From the NCBI GenBank assembly GCA_963762145.1, contig CAVXJS010000015.1, forward strand, positions 96,001-160,000: 64,000 nucleotides of DNA, written 5' to 3'. Each line of letters starts with the position of its first letter. Position 1 is the first letter of the stretch. The position numbers were made by a program, and so were the translations under genes. Below the pieces are notes generated by a model. It saw nothing but the letters and a program-made list of their open reading frames with translations, was not told the DNA's origin and ran no database searches. This document shows positions 1 to 10,236 of the stretch, piece after piece. The DNA comes from an uncultured Candidatus Rokubacteria bacterium (GTDB lineage: Bacteria; Methylomirabilota; Methylomirabilia; Rokubacteriales; CSP1-6).

Positions 1-510
1 GCCCATGATGATCTCCTTGGCGCGCGCCGGCCCGACCAGCCGCACGAAGCGGGTGGTGGTGCCGACCCGAGCGGCACGCCCAGGTCCACCTCCGGGATCC
101 AGAACTGCGCCTCCGCGGCGGCGATGCGGAAGTCGCACGCGAGCGCGAGGCCCCAGCCGCCGCCGACCGCGTGGCCGTTGACCGCGGCGATCGTGGCCTG
201 CTCGAGATTCTCCAGCAGCGCGTTCGACGCGCTCGAAGAGGCGACGGAACTGCGACTTGCGCGAGAGGAAGAGCCGGCGGCGCTCCTCCGGCGTCGCGGC
301 CTTGGCGTGCCCGGCGTCGGCGCCGGCCGAGAAGACGGGCGGTGATCCGGTTAGGATAACGACTCTAGTAGTCGCGTCGTCGCGCAGCTCGGCGAAGGCC
401 GCGCCCAGGTCGGTGAGCATCTCGTCGCTCAGCGAGTTGCGGCGGTCCGGGCGGTTCAGCGTGACGGTGGCGATGGGGCCGTCGCGGGTCAGAAGGACGT
501 TGCCGGGCAA
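1..510 (-). CDS. Enoyl-CoA hydratase/isomerase (crotonase family); 3' end runs off the window; internal frameshift(s)
   Basis: Manual minus-strand translation from TTG at 510 gives LPGNVLLTRDGPIATVTLNRPDRRNSLSDEM...VVILTGSPPVFSAGAD, and further on ATIAAVNGHAVGGGWGLALACDFRIA. These are crotonase motifs. Confidence 0.85.
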   Translation of the reverse strand, partial: MPGNVLLTRDGPIATVTLNRPDRRNSLSDEMLTDLGAAFAELRDDATTRVVILTGSPPVFSAGADAGHAKAATPEERRRLFLSRKSQFRRLFERVERAAGESRAGHDRRGQRPRGRRRLGPRARVRLPHRRRGGAVLDPGGGPGRAARVGTTTRFVRLVGPARAKEIIMG

Positions 511-515
511 AGCTA

Positions 516-550
516 CCCCCTCACCTACCCTCTCCCCTGAGGGGAGAGGG
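516..550. repeat. REP-like palindromic repeat, family 1 (CCCCTCACC-N-CCCTCTCCCC-loop-GGGGAGAGGG), copy 1
   Basis: ccccctcacctaccctctcccctgaggggagaggg; similar copies at 12996, 55276, 58211 and 61552. Confidence 0.85.
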
Positions 551-568
551 AGGACGCGTTCTCGTCGG

Positions 569-2061
569 CTAAGAGGCGGTGGCGGCCCGCGCGCACGAGC
601 TCGGTCGAGCGCGCAAACCCGGCGCCGGCGCGGCGGTCGGCCTCGATGGCGGGGCGCACCGTGTCGTCGAGGAAGCGCTCGAGCGCGCCCGGAGAGGCGG
701 CGACGCACGTCGCCGTAGCCCTTCACGATGTTGCCCAGCTCGGCGACCTCCGCGGCCAGGGCCGGGTCGAGAGCGGCGGCCGTCCGCACCGCGTCCTCCC
801 ACCGGCTCATCAGCGCGAACTCCGCTGCCGCCGCAGCGACGACGGGCGCAGCCCGCGGAGGCGGGCGAGCAGCCAGACGCGCAGGAAGCCCAGCACCGAG
901 GTGGTCTTCACGTGCTGGCCGATCGTCGGGCGGCCGTCGGGCCACCGCCGCTCCGCCCAGCGGGCGATCGGCGCGCCGATCGCGGCGGGCAGGATGCCGT
1001 AGAGCTCGTCCAGGTCCGGCTTCAGATAGTCCGTGACCACGACGACCGAGCCCTCGGGCGCCGAATTCTCGCGGCGAATGCGCTCGAAGCGGCCGCGGCG
1101 CGTCTTGAGGTCGGCCACGCGGATGGCGTCCTCGTAGGTCATCCAGACCGCCAGGCGCCGCGCGAAGACGCGCGTCAGCCGCGCGCCCGGATCGAGCGCG
1201 TGGACCGGCCGGACGCGCTCGAGGAACAGCTCCGCGTAGCGGACGTCCTGGTAGTCGATGAGCCGCGCGAGCGCTTCCCCCAGGGTCGCGTGAAGCGAGT
1301 CCGGGAACTCGGTCTCGGTCCGGGTCAGCCAGCGCCAGGAACGCGGCGCCGCGCGACCCGAGCGCGGCCGCCCGCTCGGCCTTCACGGCCGGCCACGGCC
1401 GCTCGGCGGGCGGCCCCTCCGCCCCCGCCGCACCGGCCGCCACCAGCTCCTGGCCCGCCTTCAGGCCGCGCACGTTCCGTTCCACCGCGACCCCGCCCTC
1501 GCGGATCGCGGCCTCGAAGTCGGCCGCGGTCATCGGCAGCACGCCGGTGGCCGAGAGCGCGCCCAGCAGCAACGCGTTGACCTCGGTCTGGTGCCGGCGC
1601 GCCGCGGCCAGGGCGTCGAAGCCCACGAAGCGACGGCTCAGCTTGCGGGCCGCGGCCTCCAGGCCCTCGCTCGGGTAGATCCCGTCGCCCGGCACCGACT
1701 TCTCCGCGATCGAGAAGAGCCGGTGGGTGCTCGCGACCAGCGTGGTGCGCCCCGGCGAGGCGTAGTCCATCTCGATGGTGCGCCCGGCCTCGAGCAGCTC
1801 GGAGGCGATGATCACGTCCACGTCACCCGGCGTGGGATAGAGCGAGAAGTTCGGCTCGGCGCCGCCCGCCTCGATGCGCTCGGGAAAGACCTCGACGTAG
1901 TAGGTGGTGGCGCCGGTGCGCTGGGCCACGCCCGGGATCGAGGTGGCCTGGGCCGGGTAGCCCGCGTGGGCGGCCGCGCCCACGAGCCACTCGGTGAGCA
2001 CGCCGCCGCCCTGGCCGCCGAGCGCGGCGATCAGGATCGAGACGGGGCGGCGCGCGGCCAT
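569..2061 (-). CDS. iorB: Indolepyruvate ferredoxin oxidoreductase beta-subunit family protein with C-terminal extension; frameshifted
   Basis: N-terminus MAARRPVSILIAALGGQGGGVLTEWLV...ATSIPGVAQRTGATTYYVE. C-terminal part MTYEDAIRVADLK is in ORF 810..1142. The frame changes several times. Confidence 0.8.
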
Positions 2062-4161
2062 CACGCGGGCTGGAGCCAGCCGATGACGCGGCGCCGCAGC
2101 CCGTCGAGGGCGCGGGAGCCGGCGCCCGGGTTGTGCACGACGCGCGTCTCGTAGAACGACGGGCACAGGACGGCGGCGTGCGCCACCTCCCCGCAGAGAC
2201 CGCAGCCCACGCAGCTCTGCGTCCACGTGGGCCACCGGATCGTCGCGCAGCGGGTCGGGATTGTCCTTCAAGGTGAGCGACGGGCAGCCGTTGAAGCGCA
2301 TGCACGACTTGTCGCCGGTGCACACGTCGGGGTCCACGCCGAAGCGCGGGACCTCGACCCGCCCGCCCGCCTTGAGGCGCGCGGCCGTCTCCGGCTTCAC
2401 GCGCCGCTGGCGCTCGAGCTGGCACTCCGCGCGCGCGATGATCACCTTGAGCCCGCCCGCCGCGGTGGTCATCGCCTCCTTGACCACCTTCAGGGTCTCG
2501 CCGACGCGGTACGGGTTCACGGTCTTGATCCAGGACACGCCGAGGCTCCGGATCGTGTCGGCGATGGACATCTTCACCGCGTCGCCGCGCGGGTTCTTGC
2601 CCGAGGAGGGATTGGCCTGCTGGCCGGTGGCGGAGGTGTAGAAGTTCTCCAGCACCACCACGATCGAGTCCTGCTTGTTGAAGACCGCGTTGGCCACCCC
2701 CGCGGTGAGGCCCGAGTGCCAGAAGCCGCCGTCGCCCAGGATCGAGATCACGCGCTTGTCGAAGCTGGGCGCCACCGCGCTCGCGGACGCCACGCTCATG
2801 CCGTAGCCCAGGATGGTATTGCCCTGGTTGAACGGCGGCAGCGTCGCGAAGGCGTGGCAGCCGATGTCGGCGGCCACGTGGGTCTCACCGAGCTCGCGCT
2901 GAGCGATCTTGAGCGCGCTGAAGACCGGGCGCTCCGGGCAGCCGGTGCAGAACGCGGGCGGGCGCTTGGGCAGCGGCGCGCGGAGCAGCGCCCGGCCCTG
3001 CCCCACGTGTTCGGTGAGCGCCTGCCGCCGCCGCTCCGCGTCGCCGCCCAGGAAGCGCGCGAGCGCGGCGAGCACCACCTCGGGCACGTACTCGCCCTGG
3101 GCCGCCACCAGGTCCTTGCCGTGGATGCGCGTGGTGAGCCCGTGCTCGTAGGCCATCGCCTTCAGCTCCTGCTCGATGAAGCTCGGCATGCCCTCTTCCA
3201 GCACCAGCACGCGCTCCTTGCCCTCGAGGAACGACACGAGCTGCTCGGGCACGAGCGGGTGGATCACGTTGAGCACCAGCATCGGGATGCGGGAGGCGCC
3301 GAAGGGATCGGCCATGCCCAGGAGCTCGAGCCCCCGCAGCGCGGTCGGGGTGAGCCCGCCCTGGAGGATGATGCCGAGCTCCTTCTCCTCGCCGGGGATC
3401 ACCTCGTTGAGACCACGCTCCACGATGAAGCGCCGCGCCGCGGGCAGCCGGCGCTCGAACTTCTGCGCCTCCTGCGTGTAGGTCGACGGCGGGTGGCTCA
3501 GGCGGCCGTAGTCGAAGGAGTGGCGCTCGAGCCGCGCGTTCATGGAGACGGCCGGGCGCACGTTGTCGCGGCAGACCAGGCTCCCGCGCATGTGGGCGGC
3601 CCGGATGCGCAGGCTGATCACGGTGGGGAGGTTGGAGGCCTCGGACAGGGCGAAGCCCTCTTCCACCATGCGCGCGAGGTTCTGGAGCGTCGGGCGCGGG
3701 TCGATGAGCGGCAGCGACGACTTGAGCGCGAAGGAGTGGGTGCGCTCCTGGATGACGCTCGCGCCCGCCCCGTAGTCCTCGCCGACCACGATCAGCGCGC
3801 CGCCGATGACCCCGGCCGACGCCAGGTTCGACAGCGCGTCCGCGGCGACGTTGGTGCCCACGATGGACTTCCACGTCACCGCGCCCCGCATCGGGTAGTT
3901 GATCGAGGCGCCGAGGAGCGCGGCGGCCGCCGCCTCGTTGGCGGAGGCGTCCAGGTAGACGCCCATGGGCCGGAGCAGGGATTCGTTGGCGTCGGCCAGG
4001 ACGTCCAGGAGATGCGAGACGGGGGCGCCCGGATAGCCGCCCACGTAGGAGACCCCGGACTGGAGCAACGCCTTGGTGATGGCGAGGATCCCCTCGCCCC
4101 GGAGCACCTGCCCGTCGCCCAGCGCGAGCTGCTTGACCTCCTCCGCGAAGGACCGTTCCAT
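2061..4161 (-). CDS. iorA: Indolepyruvate ferredoxin oxidoreductase alpha subunit; one frameshift near 2220
   Basis: Starts MERSFAEEVKQLALGDGQVLRGEGILAITKALLQSGVSYVGGYPGAPVSHL. Contains FCTGCPERP, DIGCH, the TPP-binding GDGGFWHSG and C-terminal ferredoxin-like CTGDKSC / SCVGCGLCGEV. Stop overlaps the iorB start. Confidence 0.9.
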
Positions 4162-4211
4162 GGCGTGGAAACTCTAGCACGCCTCGGGCGGGCCGGCTCG
4201 CCCGAGAAGCG

Positions 4212-4883
4212 CTAGGAGCCCCTGCGCCCGACCCGCGGCACCACGTACGCGTCGATCTCTTTGTTCTGCAGTTTCGCCAGGAGGCCGGCGAACGACGACG
4301 TCCGGATGATCGAGTTGAACTGGCTGCGGTAGTTCGACACCAGGCTCACCCCGTCGAGCACCACGTCGTACACCACCCACCGGGTCCCGGTGTCGAGGAG
4401 CCGGTAGTCGATGGAGATCTCGACCCGCCGATCGGTCGTGATGCGGGATCGCACCTGCGCGTAGGAGCCACTGACCGACTCGCTCAGGAAGGTGATCTTC
4501 TCGCCCGCGTAGTTCTCGATGCTGGAGAGATAGGAGCGCTCGAGCAGCGCGGTGAAGAGCCGGACGAACTCCTGCTGCTCCGAAGGCGTCCGCTCCTTCC
4601 AGTGGCCCGCGAGGGTCAGCCGGCCCATCTCCTTGAAGTCGAACAGCCCGTCGGCGAGCTGCCGGATGTCGGAGCGCCGCCGACCCTCGCTCACCGGCGT
4701 CGGCGAGGCCTGGACGATGGCCAGCACGCGGTCGACCGACGTCTTCACCAGGTCGATCGGACGGGCCCGCCCGGGCTCGGGGGCCGGTGCGGCGGCCTTC
4801 TCGCGCTCCTGGGCATGAGCGAGCGGCGCGACGGAGGATAGCGCAAGGAACAGGAGCGCGAGCGCCCACCTGGAGGTATTCAT
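4212..4883 (-). CDS. mlaC: MlaC/Ttg2D-family periplasmic phospholipid-binding protein
   Basis: Signal peptide MNTSRWALALLFL, then FDFKEMGRLTLAGHW and W.VYDVVLDGVSLVSNYRSQFNSII, typical of Ttg2/MlaC. Confidence 0.85.
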   Translation of the reverse strand: MNTSRWALALLFLALSSVAPLAHAQEREKAAAPAPEPGRARPIDLVKTSVDRVLAIVQASPTPVSEGRRRSDIRQLADGLFDFKEMGRLTLAGHWKERTPSEQQEFVRLFTALLERSYLSSIENYAGEKITFLSESVSGSYAQVRSRITTDRRVEISIDYRLLDTGTRWVVYDVVLDGVSLVSNYRSQFNSIIRTSSFAGLLAKLQNKEIDAYVVPRVGRRGS

Positions 4884-5012
4884 GCCCTCAACCCTAGTGA
4901 GAGCCGGGCGGCTCGCATATTGGACCTTGGTCCAACCCCGGATGGCCACCGGTGGACGGGGCCCCCGTCTTGGCGGATACTCGGGGACCGACCGACCTGA
5001 AAGGAGGGGCCC

Positions 5013-5828
5013 ATGGCGCACTTCACCACCAGCGACAGCGTTCGCATCTACTACGAGTCGCACGGCACCGGCGACCCACTCCTCCTGGCCTACGGCATCG
5101 GCGGCAACGCGGGGATGTGGCAGCCGAACATCTCGGCCCTCTCCGCGCGGCACCGGCTGATCCTCTGGGAGCCGCGGGGCCACGCCCGCTCGGAGAGCCC
5201 GGCCGATCCCACCAAGATCACCTTCGGCCACTGGGTGCTCGACCTGCGCGACCTGATGGCCCACCTGGGCCTCGTCCACGCGGTGGTGGGGGGACTCTCG
5301 CTGGGCGGAGGCATCGCCACCCGCTTCACGCTCGCGCACCCCGAGCGGGTGCGGGCCCTCATCGTGGTGGACTCTTCCTCCGCGGTGGGCCTGCCGCTCT
5401 CGGTCGAGAACCTGGTGATGCGCGCGAAGTCGATCGAGGTGACGCTCAAGGGCGGCATGGACGCCATGGCCGAGTTCGCGATCGCGTCGAACCCCAACGT
5501 GGCGGGCCGGCTCCGGCTGGACCCCGGCGCGCGCCAGGAGATCTTCGACTACTACCGGAGGCTGACCCCGATCGGCTACGCGAACGCCCTGCGCGCGCTG
5601 CTGCAGATGGATTACATCACCGAGCGGCTGCCCGAGATCACCGTCCCCACGCTCCTGATCTGCGGCGACGAGGATCCCTCGCTCGAGCCGATGCGGGTGA
5701 TGGAGCGGAAGGTCAAGTCGTCACGCTTCGTGCTGCTCTCCCCCGCGGGTCACTTCGGCAACCGCGACCAGCCGGAGGACTTCAACCACGCGGTGCTGGA
5801 GTTCCTCGACGCGCTCGGACCCGCGTGA
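5013..5828 (+). CDS. Alpha/beta fold hydrolase
   Basis: PRGHARS, nucleophile elbow GLSLGG, catalytic-His region AGHFGN; SD aggagg upstream. Confidence 0.9.
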   Translation: MAHFTTSDSVRIYYESHGTGDPLLLAYGIGGNAGMWQPNISALSARHRLILWEPRGHARSESPADPTKITFGHWVLDLRDLMAHLGLVHAVVGGLSLGGGIATRFTLAHPERVRALIVVDSSSAVGLPLSVENLVMRAKSIEVTLKGGMDAMAEFAIASNPNVAGRLRLDPGARQEIFDYYRRLTPIGYANALRALLQMDYITERLPEITVPTLLICGDEDPSLEPMRVMERKVKSSRFVLLSPAGHFGNRDQPEDFNHAVLEFLDALGPA

Positions 5829-6240
5829 CCGCGACGTCCGCGCCGCGGACCCCTTCCTTGCAGTCCGGGCAGTAGTAGCCGACCGACACCGGGTGCCCGC
5901 ACCCGGAGTGGACGAGCTGGGTCTCGCGGTGCACGTGCCGGCCGCCCCACGCGGCGAGCGCCCCCACCACCATCCCGAGCTCCCGGCCCCGGTCGGTGAG
6001 GTCGTACTGCGCGCGCGGCGGGTGATCCGAGTAGAGCGTGCGCCGGATCAGCCCGTGCGCCTCCATCAGCTTGAGGCGCGCGGACAGCATGTTGGGGGCG
6101 ATGCCGGGCAGGCTGCCGAGAAGATCCTGGAAGCGCTGGGTGCCTCGCAGCAGGTCGCGCACCACCAGGAGCGTCCAGCGATCGCCGATGACCTCGAGCG
6201 ACTTCGCCACCGGACAGGACTGGTTGTATCGCTTCGCCAT
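5782..6240 (-). CDS. HxlR-family winged-helix transcriptional regulator
   Basis: YNQSCPVAKSLEVIGDRWTLLVVRDLL...RFQDL...LSARLK...YDLTDRGREL. Confidence 0.9.
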   Translation of the reverse strand: MAKRYNQSCPVAKSLEVIGDRWTLLVVRDLLRGTQRFQDLLGSLPGIAPNMLSARLKLMEAHGLIRRTLYSDHPPRAQYDLTDRGRELGMVVGALAAWGGRHVHRETQLVHSGCGHPVSVGYYCPDCKEGVRGADVAVTRVRARRGTPAPRG

Positions 6241-6260
6241 GGCCCGAGTATACCGGGGGC

Positions 6261-6295
6261 TTGACACGAAAACAAGCTACTAGTATTTTACTAGT
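6261..6295 (+). promoter_or_regulatory. Sigma70-like promoter for the PaaI-MATE operon overlapping an inverted-repeat operator, probably bound by the divergent HxlR protein
   Basis: TTGACA (6261-6266), 17 nt spacer, TATTTT (6284-6289). Inverted repeat ACTAGTA-ttt-TACTAGT (6279-6295) in an AT-rich patch. ATG at 6300 implies a near-leaderless mRNA. Confidence 0.6.
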
Positions 6296-6299
6296 CACT

Positions 6300-6737
6300 A
6301 TGGCAAAGGCACTCGACTTCATCCGGATGGTGCAGCGCGGGGAGGCGGCCCCACCCCCGGTGGCGGACCTGATCGGCTTCACCCTCCGCGAGGTGGATCC
6401 CGGCCGCGCGGTCGTCGCGTTCGACGCGGGGCCGCGGCACGCCAACCCGATGGGCACGCTCCACGGCGGCGTGCTGTGCGACATCGCCGACGCGGCCATG
6501 GGCATGGCCTACGCGGCGAGCCTCGACGAGGGGGAGACCTTCACCACGCTGGAGCTCAAGATCAACTTCCTCAAGCCGGTGCGCACCGGCCGGCTGATCG
6601 CCACCGGCCGCCTGGTCAAGGGCGGGCGCACGGTGGGGCTGCTCGAGTGCGACGTGGTGGACGACAAGGATCGTCTGGTCGCGCGCGCGTCCAGCACCTG
6701 CATGACGCTCCGGGGCGAGCAGGCCGAGGGCCGCTGA
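6300..6737 (+). CDS. PaaI-family thioesterase (hotdog fold)
   Basis: HANPMGTLHGGVLCDIADAAMG and TTLELKINFLKPV. Confidence 0.9.
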   Translation: MAKALDFIRMVQRGEAAPPPVADLIGFTLREVDPGRAVVAFDAGPRHANPMGTLHGGVLCDIADAAMGMAYAASLDEGETFTTLELKINFLKPVRTGRLIATGRLVKGGRTVGLLECDVVDDKDRLVARASSTCMTLRGEQAEGR

Positions 6738-8143
6738 TGGGCCCCGCCATCGCCGCGGCGGCGCCGGTCGCGGCCGCCGCGCTGTCGCCGCGCACGCGCC
6801 GGCTCCTCGAGGGGCCGGTGGCGCGCACCCTGCTCGCGCTGGCCGCCCCCAACGTGCTCGTGATGGTGCTGCAGGCCGCGGTGAGCACCCTCGACGCGGT
6901 CTTCGTCGGCTGGCTCGGCTCGGCGGCGCTGGCCGGCGTCTCGATCGTGTTCCCGCTGGTGATGCTGATGCAGACGATGTCGGCGGGCGGAATGGGCGGC
7001 GGGGTGGCCGCCGCGGTGGCGCGGGCCCTCGGGGGAGGCCGCCGCGCCGACGCCGACGCGCTCGTGATCCACGCGGTCGTGATCGCCCTGGTCATGGGCG
7101 GGGCGTTCACGCTCGCCCTCGAGCTGGCCGGCCCCGCGCTCTTCCACGCGATGGGCGGAACGGACGAGGTCCTCGCCGCCGCGGTCACCTACGCGCGCGT
7201 GATCTTCGGCGGCGCCGTCGCCTACTGGCTCTTCAACACGCTGAGCAGCGCGATCCGCGGCAGCGGCAACATGGCGGTGCCCGCGGCGACCATGGTGGCG
7301 ACCGGGATCGTCTACCTGGTGCTCTCCCCCGCCCTGATCCTCGGCTGGGGCCCGCTGCCCCGCCTGGGCATCGCGGGCGCGGCCGCCGCCAGCGTGTTCT
7401 CCTTCGCGCTGGGCAGTGTCGTGCTGCTCGCGTTCCTCTACTCGAGCCGGAGCCTGGTGCGGCCCGCGCTGCGGGGCCAGGGGCTCCGGCGCGGCCTCTT
7501 CTGGGAGATCCTGCGCGTCGGCGCCCCCGGCTCGCTCAACACCGTCGTGACGAATCTCACCGTCGTGGTCCTGACCGCGCTGGTCGGGCCCTTCGGCGCG
7601 ACGGCGCTGGCCGGATACGGCCTGGGCGCGCGGCTCGAGTACCTCCAGATCCCGATCGTCTTCGGCCTCGGGTCGGGGCTCGTCACCATGGTCGGCACCA
7701 GCATCGGCGCGGGCGATCGCGCGCGTGCGGTGCGCGTCGCCTGGGTCGGCTCCGCGATGGCCGCGGGCATCACCGGCGTGATCGGCATCCTGGCCGCGCT
7801 GTTCCCGCTCGCCTGGCTCGGGCTCTTCACCACCGACCCGGGCGTGCTGGCCGCCGGCACGCGCTACCTCACGATCGTGGGCCCGTTCTACGGCTTCTTC
7901 GGCGCGGGGCTCGCGCTCTACTTCGCCTCGCAGGGCGCGGGCCGCCTGCTCTGGCCGCTCCTCGCCGGCTTCACGCGCCTGACCATCGCGGCGGTGGGCG
8001 GCTGGCTCGCCACGCGGTGGCTCGGGGGCGGCCTCACCGGGATCTTCGTGGCCATGGCGGCGGCCCTCGTGGTGTTCGGCACCATCAACGTCATGGCGGT
8101 CCGGCTCGGCGCCTGGCGCGCGCGCGGCCGGCAGTCGGCGTGA
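6737..8143 (+). CDS. MATE-family efflux transporter
   Basis: Multi-TM protein with LALAAPNVL, DAVFVGWLG, LGIAGAAAA and GLGARLEYLQIP; TGATG coupling to the PaaI gene. Confidence 0.9.
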   Translation: MGPAIAAAAPVAAAALSPRTRRLLEGPVARTLLALAAPNVLVMVLQAAVSTLDAVFVGWLGSAALAGVSIVFPLVMLMQTMSAGGMGGGVAAAVARALGGGRRADADALVIHAVVIALVMGGAFTLALELAGPALFHAMGGTDEVLAAAVTYARVIFGGAVAYWLFNTLSSAIRGSGNMAVPAATMVATGIVYLVLSPALILGWGPLPRLGIAGAAAASVFSFALGSVVLLAFLYSSRSLVRPALRGQGLRRGLFWEILRVGAPGSLNTVVTNLTVVVLTALVGPFGATALAGYGLGARLEYLQIPIVFGLGSGLVTMVGTSIGAGDRARAVRVAWVGSAMAAGITGVIGILAALFPLAWLGLFTTDPGVLAAGTRYLTIVGPFYGFFGAGLALYFASQGAGRLLWPLLAGFTRLTIAAVGGWLATRWLGGGLTGIFVAMAAALVVFGTINVMAVRLGAWRARGRQSA

Positions 8144-8212
8144 ACGCCCGGCCGGGACTCCTTCGCCACCCGCGCTGACCGCCGCGCCCCATTTGCCCGC
8201 GCCGTCACGGAT

Positions 8213-9685
8213 ATGAAACAATCGCGGGCGATGACCCGCCGCGCCCGCGCCGTGCTCACCGTCGCCTGCGGGGCGCACTTCATCCACGACGGCTTCTCCG
8301 ACATCCTGTACGTGCTGCTGCCCGTGTGGGCGTCCGAGTTCGGCCTGAGCTTCGCGCAGGTCGGTCTGCTCAAGACGCTCTACACCGGAGGCATGGCCTC
8401 CTTCCAGGTGCCGGCGAGCATTCTCGCGGAGCGCCGCGGTGAGGCACGGCTGCTGGCGGCGGGCACCGCGGTCACCGCGCTCGGCTTCCTGATCGCCGGC
8501 CTGACCGGCAGCTTCGTCGCGCTGCTCGCCTGCCTCGTGGTCGCGGGCCTCGGCTCCGGCTGCCAGCACCCGCTCTCGTCCTCGCTGGTGGCGCGCGCCT
8601 ACGAGACGGGGCCCCGGCGCACCGCGCTCGGCACCTACAACTTCTCCGGCGACCTCGGCAAGGTCGCGGTGCCCGCCGCGGTGGCGCTCGCCCTGCCCTG
8701 GCTCGGCTGGCGGGGCGCGGTGGAAGCCTACGGCATCGTCGGACTCGCGGCCGCCGCGACGATCCTCGTGCTGCTCGCGCGCCTGGGCGCGGGGGGAAGC
8801 CCCGCGCCGGCGTCGACCGGGGCGGCACCGGCGCGCGGGAGTGGCTCTGGCATCCGTGACGTGCGCGCGTTCACCGCGATCTCCGCGATCCACGTCATCG
8901 ACAACTCCACGCGCACCGGGTTCCTCACCTTCCTGCCCTTCCTGCTGATCGCCAAGGGCGCGACGCTGCCCTCGGTGGGGCTCGCGCTCATGCTGGTCTT
9001 CATCGGGGGCGCGGTGGGGAAGTTCGCGTGCGGAGCCCTCGCGGATCGGGTCGGGGTGATCCGCACCGTGGTGGTCACCGAGCTCGTCACCGGCGCGGGC
9101 ATCCTGTTCCTGCTGACGCTGCCCTTGACTGCCTGCCTCGTCGCGCTCCCGGTGCTCGGCGTGGCGCTCAACGGGACCTCGTCCGTGCTCTACGGGAGTG
9201 TGGCCGAGCTGGTGTCGAGCGAGCGGCGCGCCCGGAGCTACGCGGTCTTCTACACGCTCGGCATCGGGGCTTCCGCGCTGGCGCCCTTCGTCTACGGGCT
9301 GCTCAGCGACTGGGGCGGCGTCCGGCTCACGCTCGCTGTCGTGGGCTGCGTCGTCTTCCTCACGCTGCCGTTCACGCTGCCTCTCCGCTCGGCCCCCGCC
9401 GCCGTCGCGGCTTCTCACTCCGTACGCGTCTGGGCCCGGCGCGCAGGCAGGGCGGCGGGGGGCGGCCGGTGGGCCTCTGACCACGACACGCTTTCTCGTC
9501 TTACGCCCTGGAGAGTTCCCAATCCGGGATCGTGCGGTTCCGGGCTTCCCTCGGCGGGGAACGGGTCACCCGGCCCACCGGCCGCCCCCCGCCGCCCTGC
9601 CGCGCGCCTACCGTGGGATGCTGGGGACGGACACGCGCTCCGTCACCGGGGTTCGGTCGTTTCCCTTGAGCCAGGTGAAGGTTAG
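8213..9685 (+). CDS. MFS transporter (FSR-like); natural C-terminus probably near 9420, but the ORF reads on through a repeat element
   Basis: GAHFIHDGFSDILYVLLP, GSGCQHPLSSSLV, GTYNFSGDLGK; hydrophobic segments end near 9400. Confidence 0.85.
   Translation: MKQSRAMTRRARAVLTVACGAHFIHDGFSDILYVLLPVWASEFGLSFAQVGLLKTLYTGGMASFQVPASILAERRGEARLLAAGTAVTALGFLIAGLTGSFVALLACLVVAGLGSGCQHPLSSSLVARAYETGPRRTALGTYNFSGDLGKVAVPAAVALALPWLGWRGAVEAYGIVGLAAAATILVLLARLGAGGSPAPASTGAAPARGSGSGIRDVRAFTAISAIHVIDNSTRTGFLTFLPFLLIAKGATLPSVGLALMLVFIGGAVGKFACGALADRVGVIRTVVVTELVTGAGILFLLTLPLTACLVALPVLGVALNGTSSVLYGSVAELVSSERRARSYAVFYTLGIGASALAPFVYGLLSDWGGVRLTLAVVGCVVFLTLPFTLPLRSAPAAVAASHSVRVWARRAGRAAGGGRWASDHDTLSRLTPWRVPNPGSCGSGLPSAGNGSPGPPAAPRRPAARLPWDAGDGHALRHRGSVVSLEPGEG
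9438..9608 (+). repeat. Structured long-hairpin repeat element (family S), copy A
   Basis: Perfect 30-bp inverted arms 9446-9475 / 9572-9601 enclose a 96-nt core (TCTGACCACGAC...TTCCCAATCCGGGA...GGAACGGGTCACCC) shared with 25092-25255 and 32454-32634. Confidence 0.9.
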
Positions 9686-10192
9686 GCGGCCGTCGGGGTC
9701 GAAGTGGATTTCGGTGAGGGTGGCGGCGAGTGATGCGCCGGGGGTCCAGTCGCGGGTGATGCGGGCGACTTCGCGGCCCGAGAAGATCTGGCGGACTGCG
9801 ATCGACCTGGCGTCTTCCTGGGCGACGAGGAGGCGGCGGAGGTCGACGTCGAGGACCTGGGGCCTCGGGGGGGAGAGGCGGCGGCGCTTGGCTTCGAAGA
9901 AGTAGCTGGTGTGGCAGGTGGGGCCGCAGGTGAAGCGGATCTCGGCGAAGGTGGCGGCACGCCAGATGACGTCGGGTCTGGGGAGGGTCGGCCAGCCCGT
10001 GGGCGGGTCGAGCCAGACCGGCTTCTCGGGATCGCCGTAGTAGTAGCCGACGCGGCAGTCGCGGTCGGTCCGGCAGTCGGCGATCAGGCCGGTGCTGGGG
10101 AACGCGGAGCGGTAGAGGCAGCGGAAGGGCTGCTCACCGCCCGGCCCCGCGCAGTCGCCCGCGACGGGCTGGGGCGAGGAAGCGGCCGCCAT
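9608..10192 (-). CDS. Hypothetical secreted protein; start may lie ~40 nt further upstream
   Basis: Open frame with a hydrophobic leader (LPPLLLAGLLSMAAA), Cys pairs and FTCGPTCHTSYFFEAKRRRLS; follows coxG in the operon. Confidence 0.6.
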   Translation of the reverse strand: MAAASSPQPVAGDCAGPGGEQPFRCLYRSAFPSTGLIADCRTDRDCRVGYYYGDPEKPVWLDPPTGWPTLPRPDVIWRAATFAEIRFTCGPTCHTSYFFEAKRRRLSPPRPQVLDVDLRRLLVAQEDARSIAVRQIFSGREVARITRDWTPGASLAATLTEIHFDPDGRLTFTWLKGNDRTPVTERVSVPSIPR

Positions 10193-10236
10193 CGAGAGCA
10201 GGCCGGCCAGCAGGAGCGGGGGAAGCGTGAACAGCG

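Noticed and set aside
9476-9571. Family S core as a tRNA or hammerhead ribozyme
   Set aside because: No T-loop (GTTCRA), D-loop or CCA pattern on either strand, and no CTGANGA...GAAA hammerhead core
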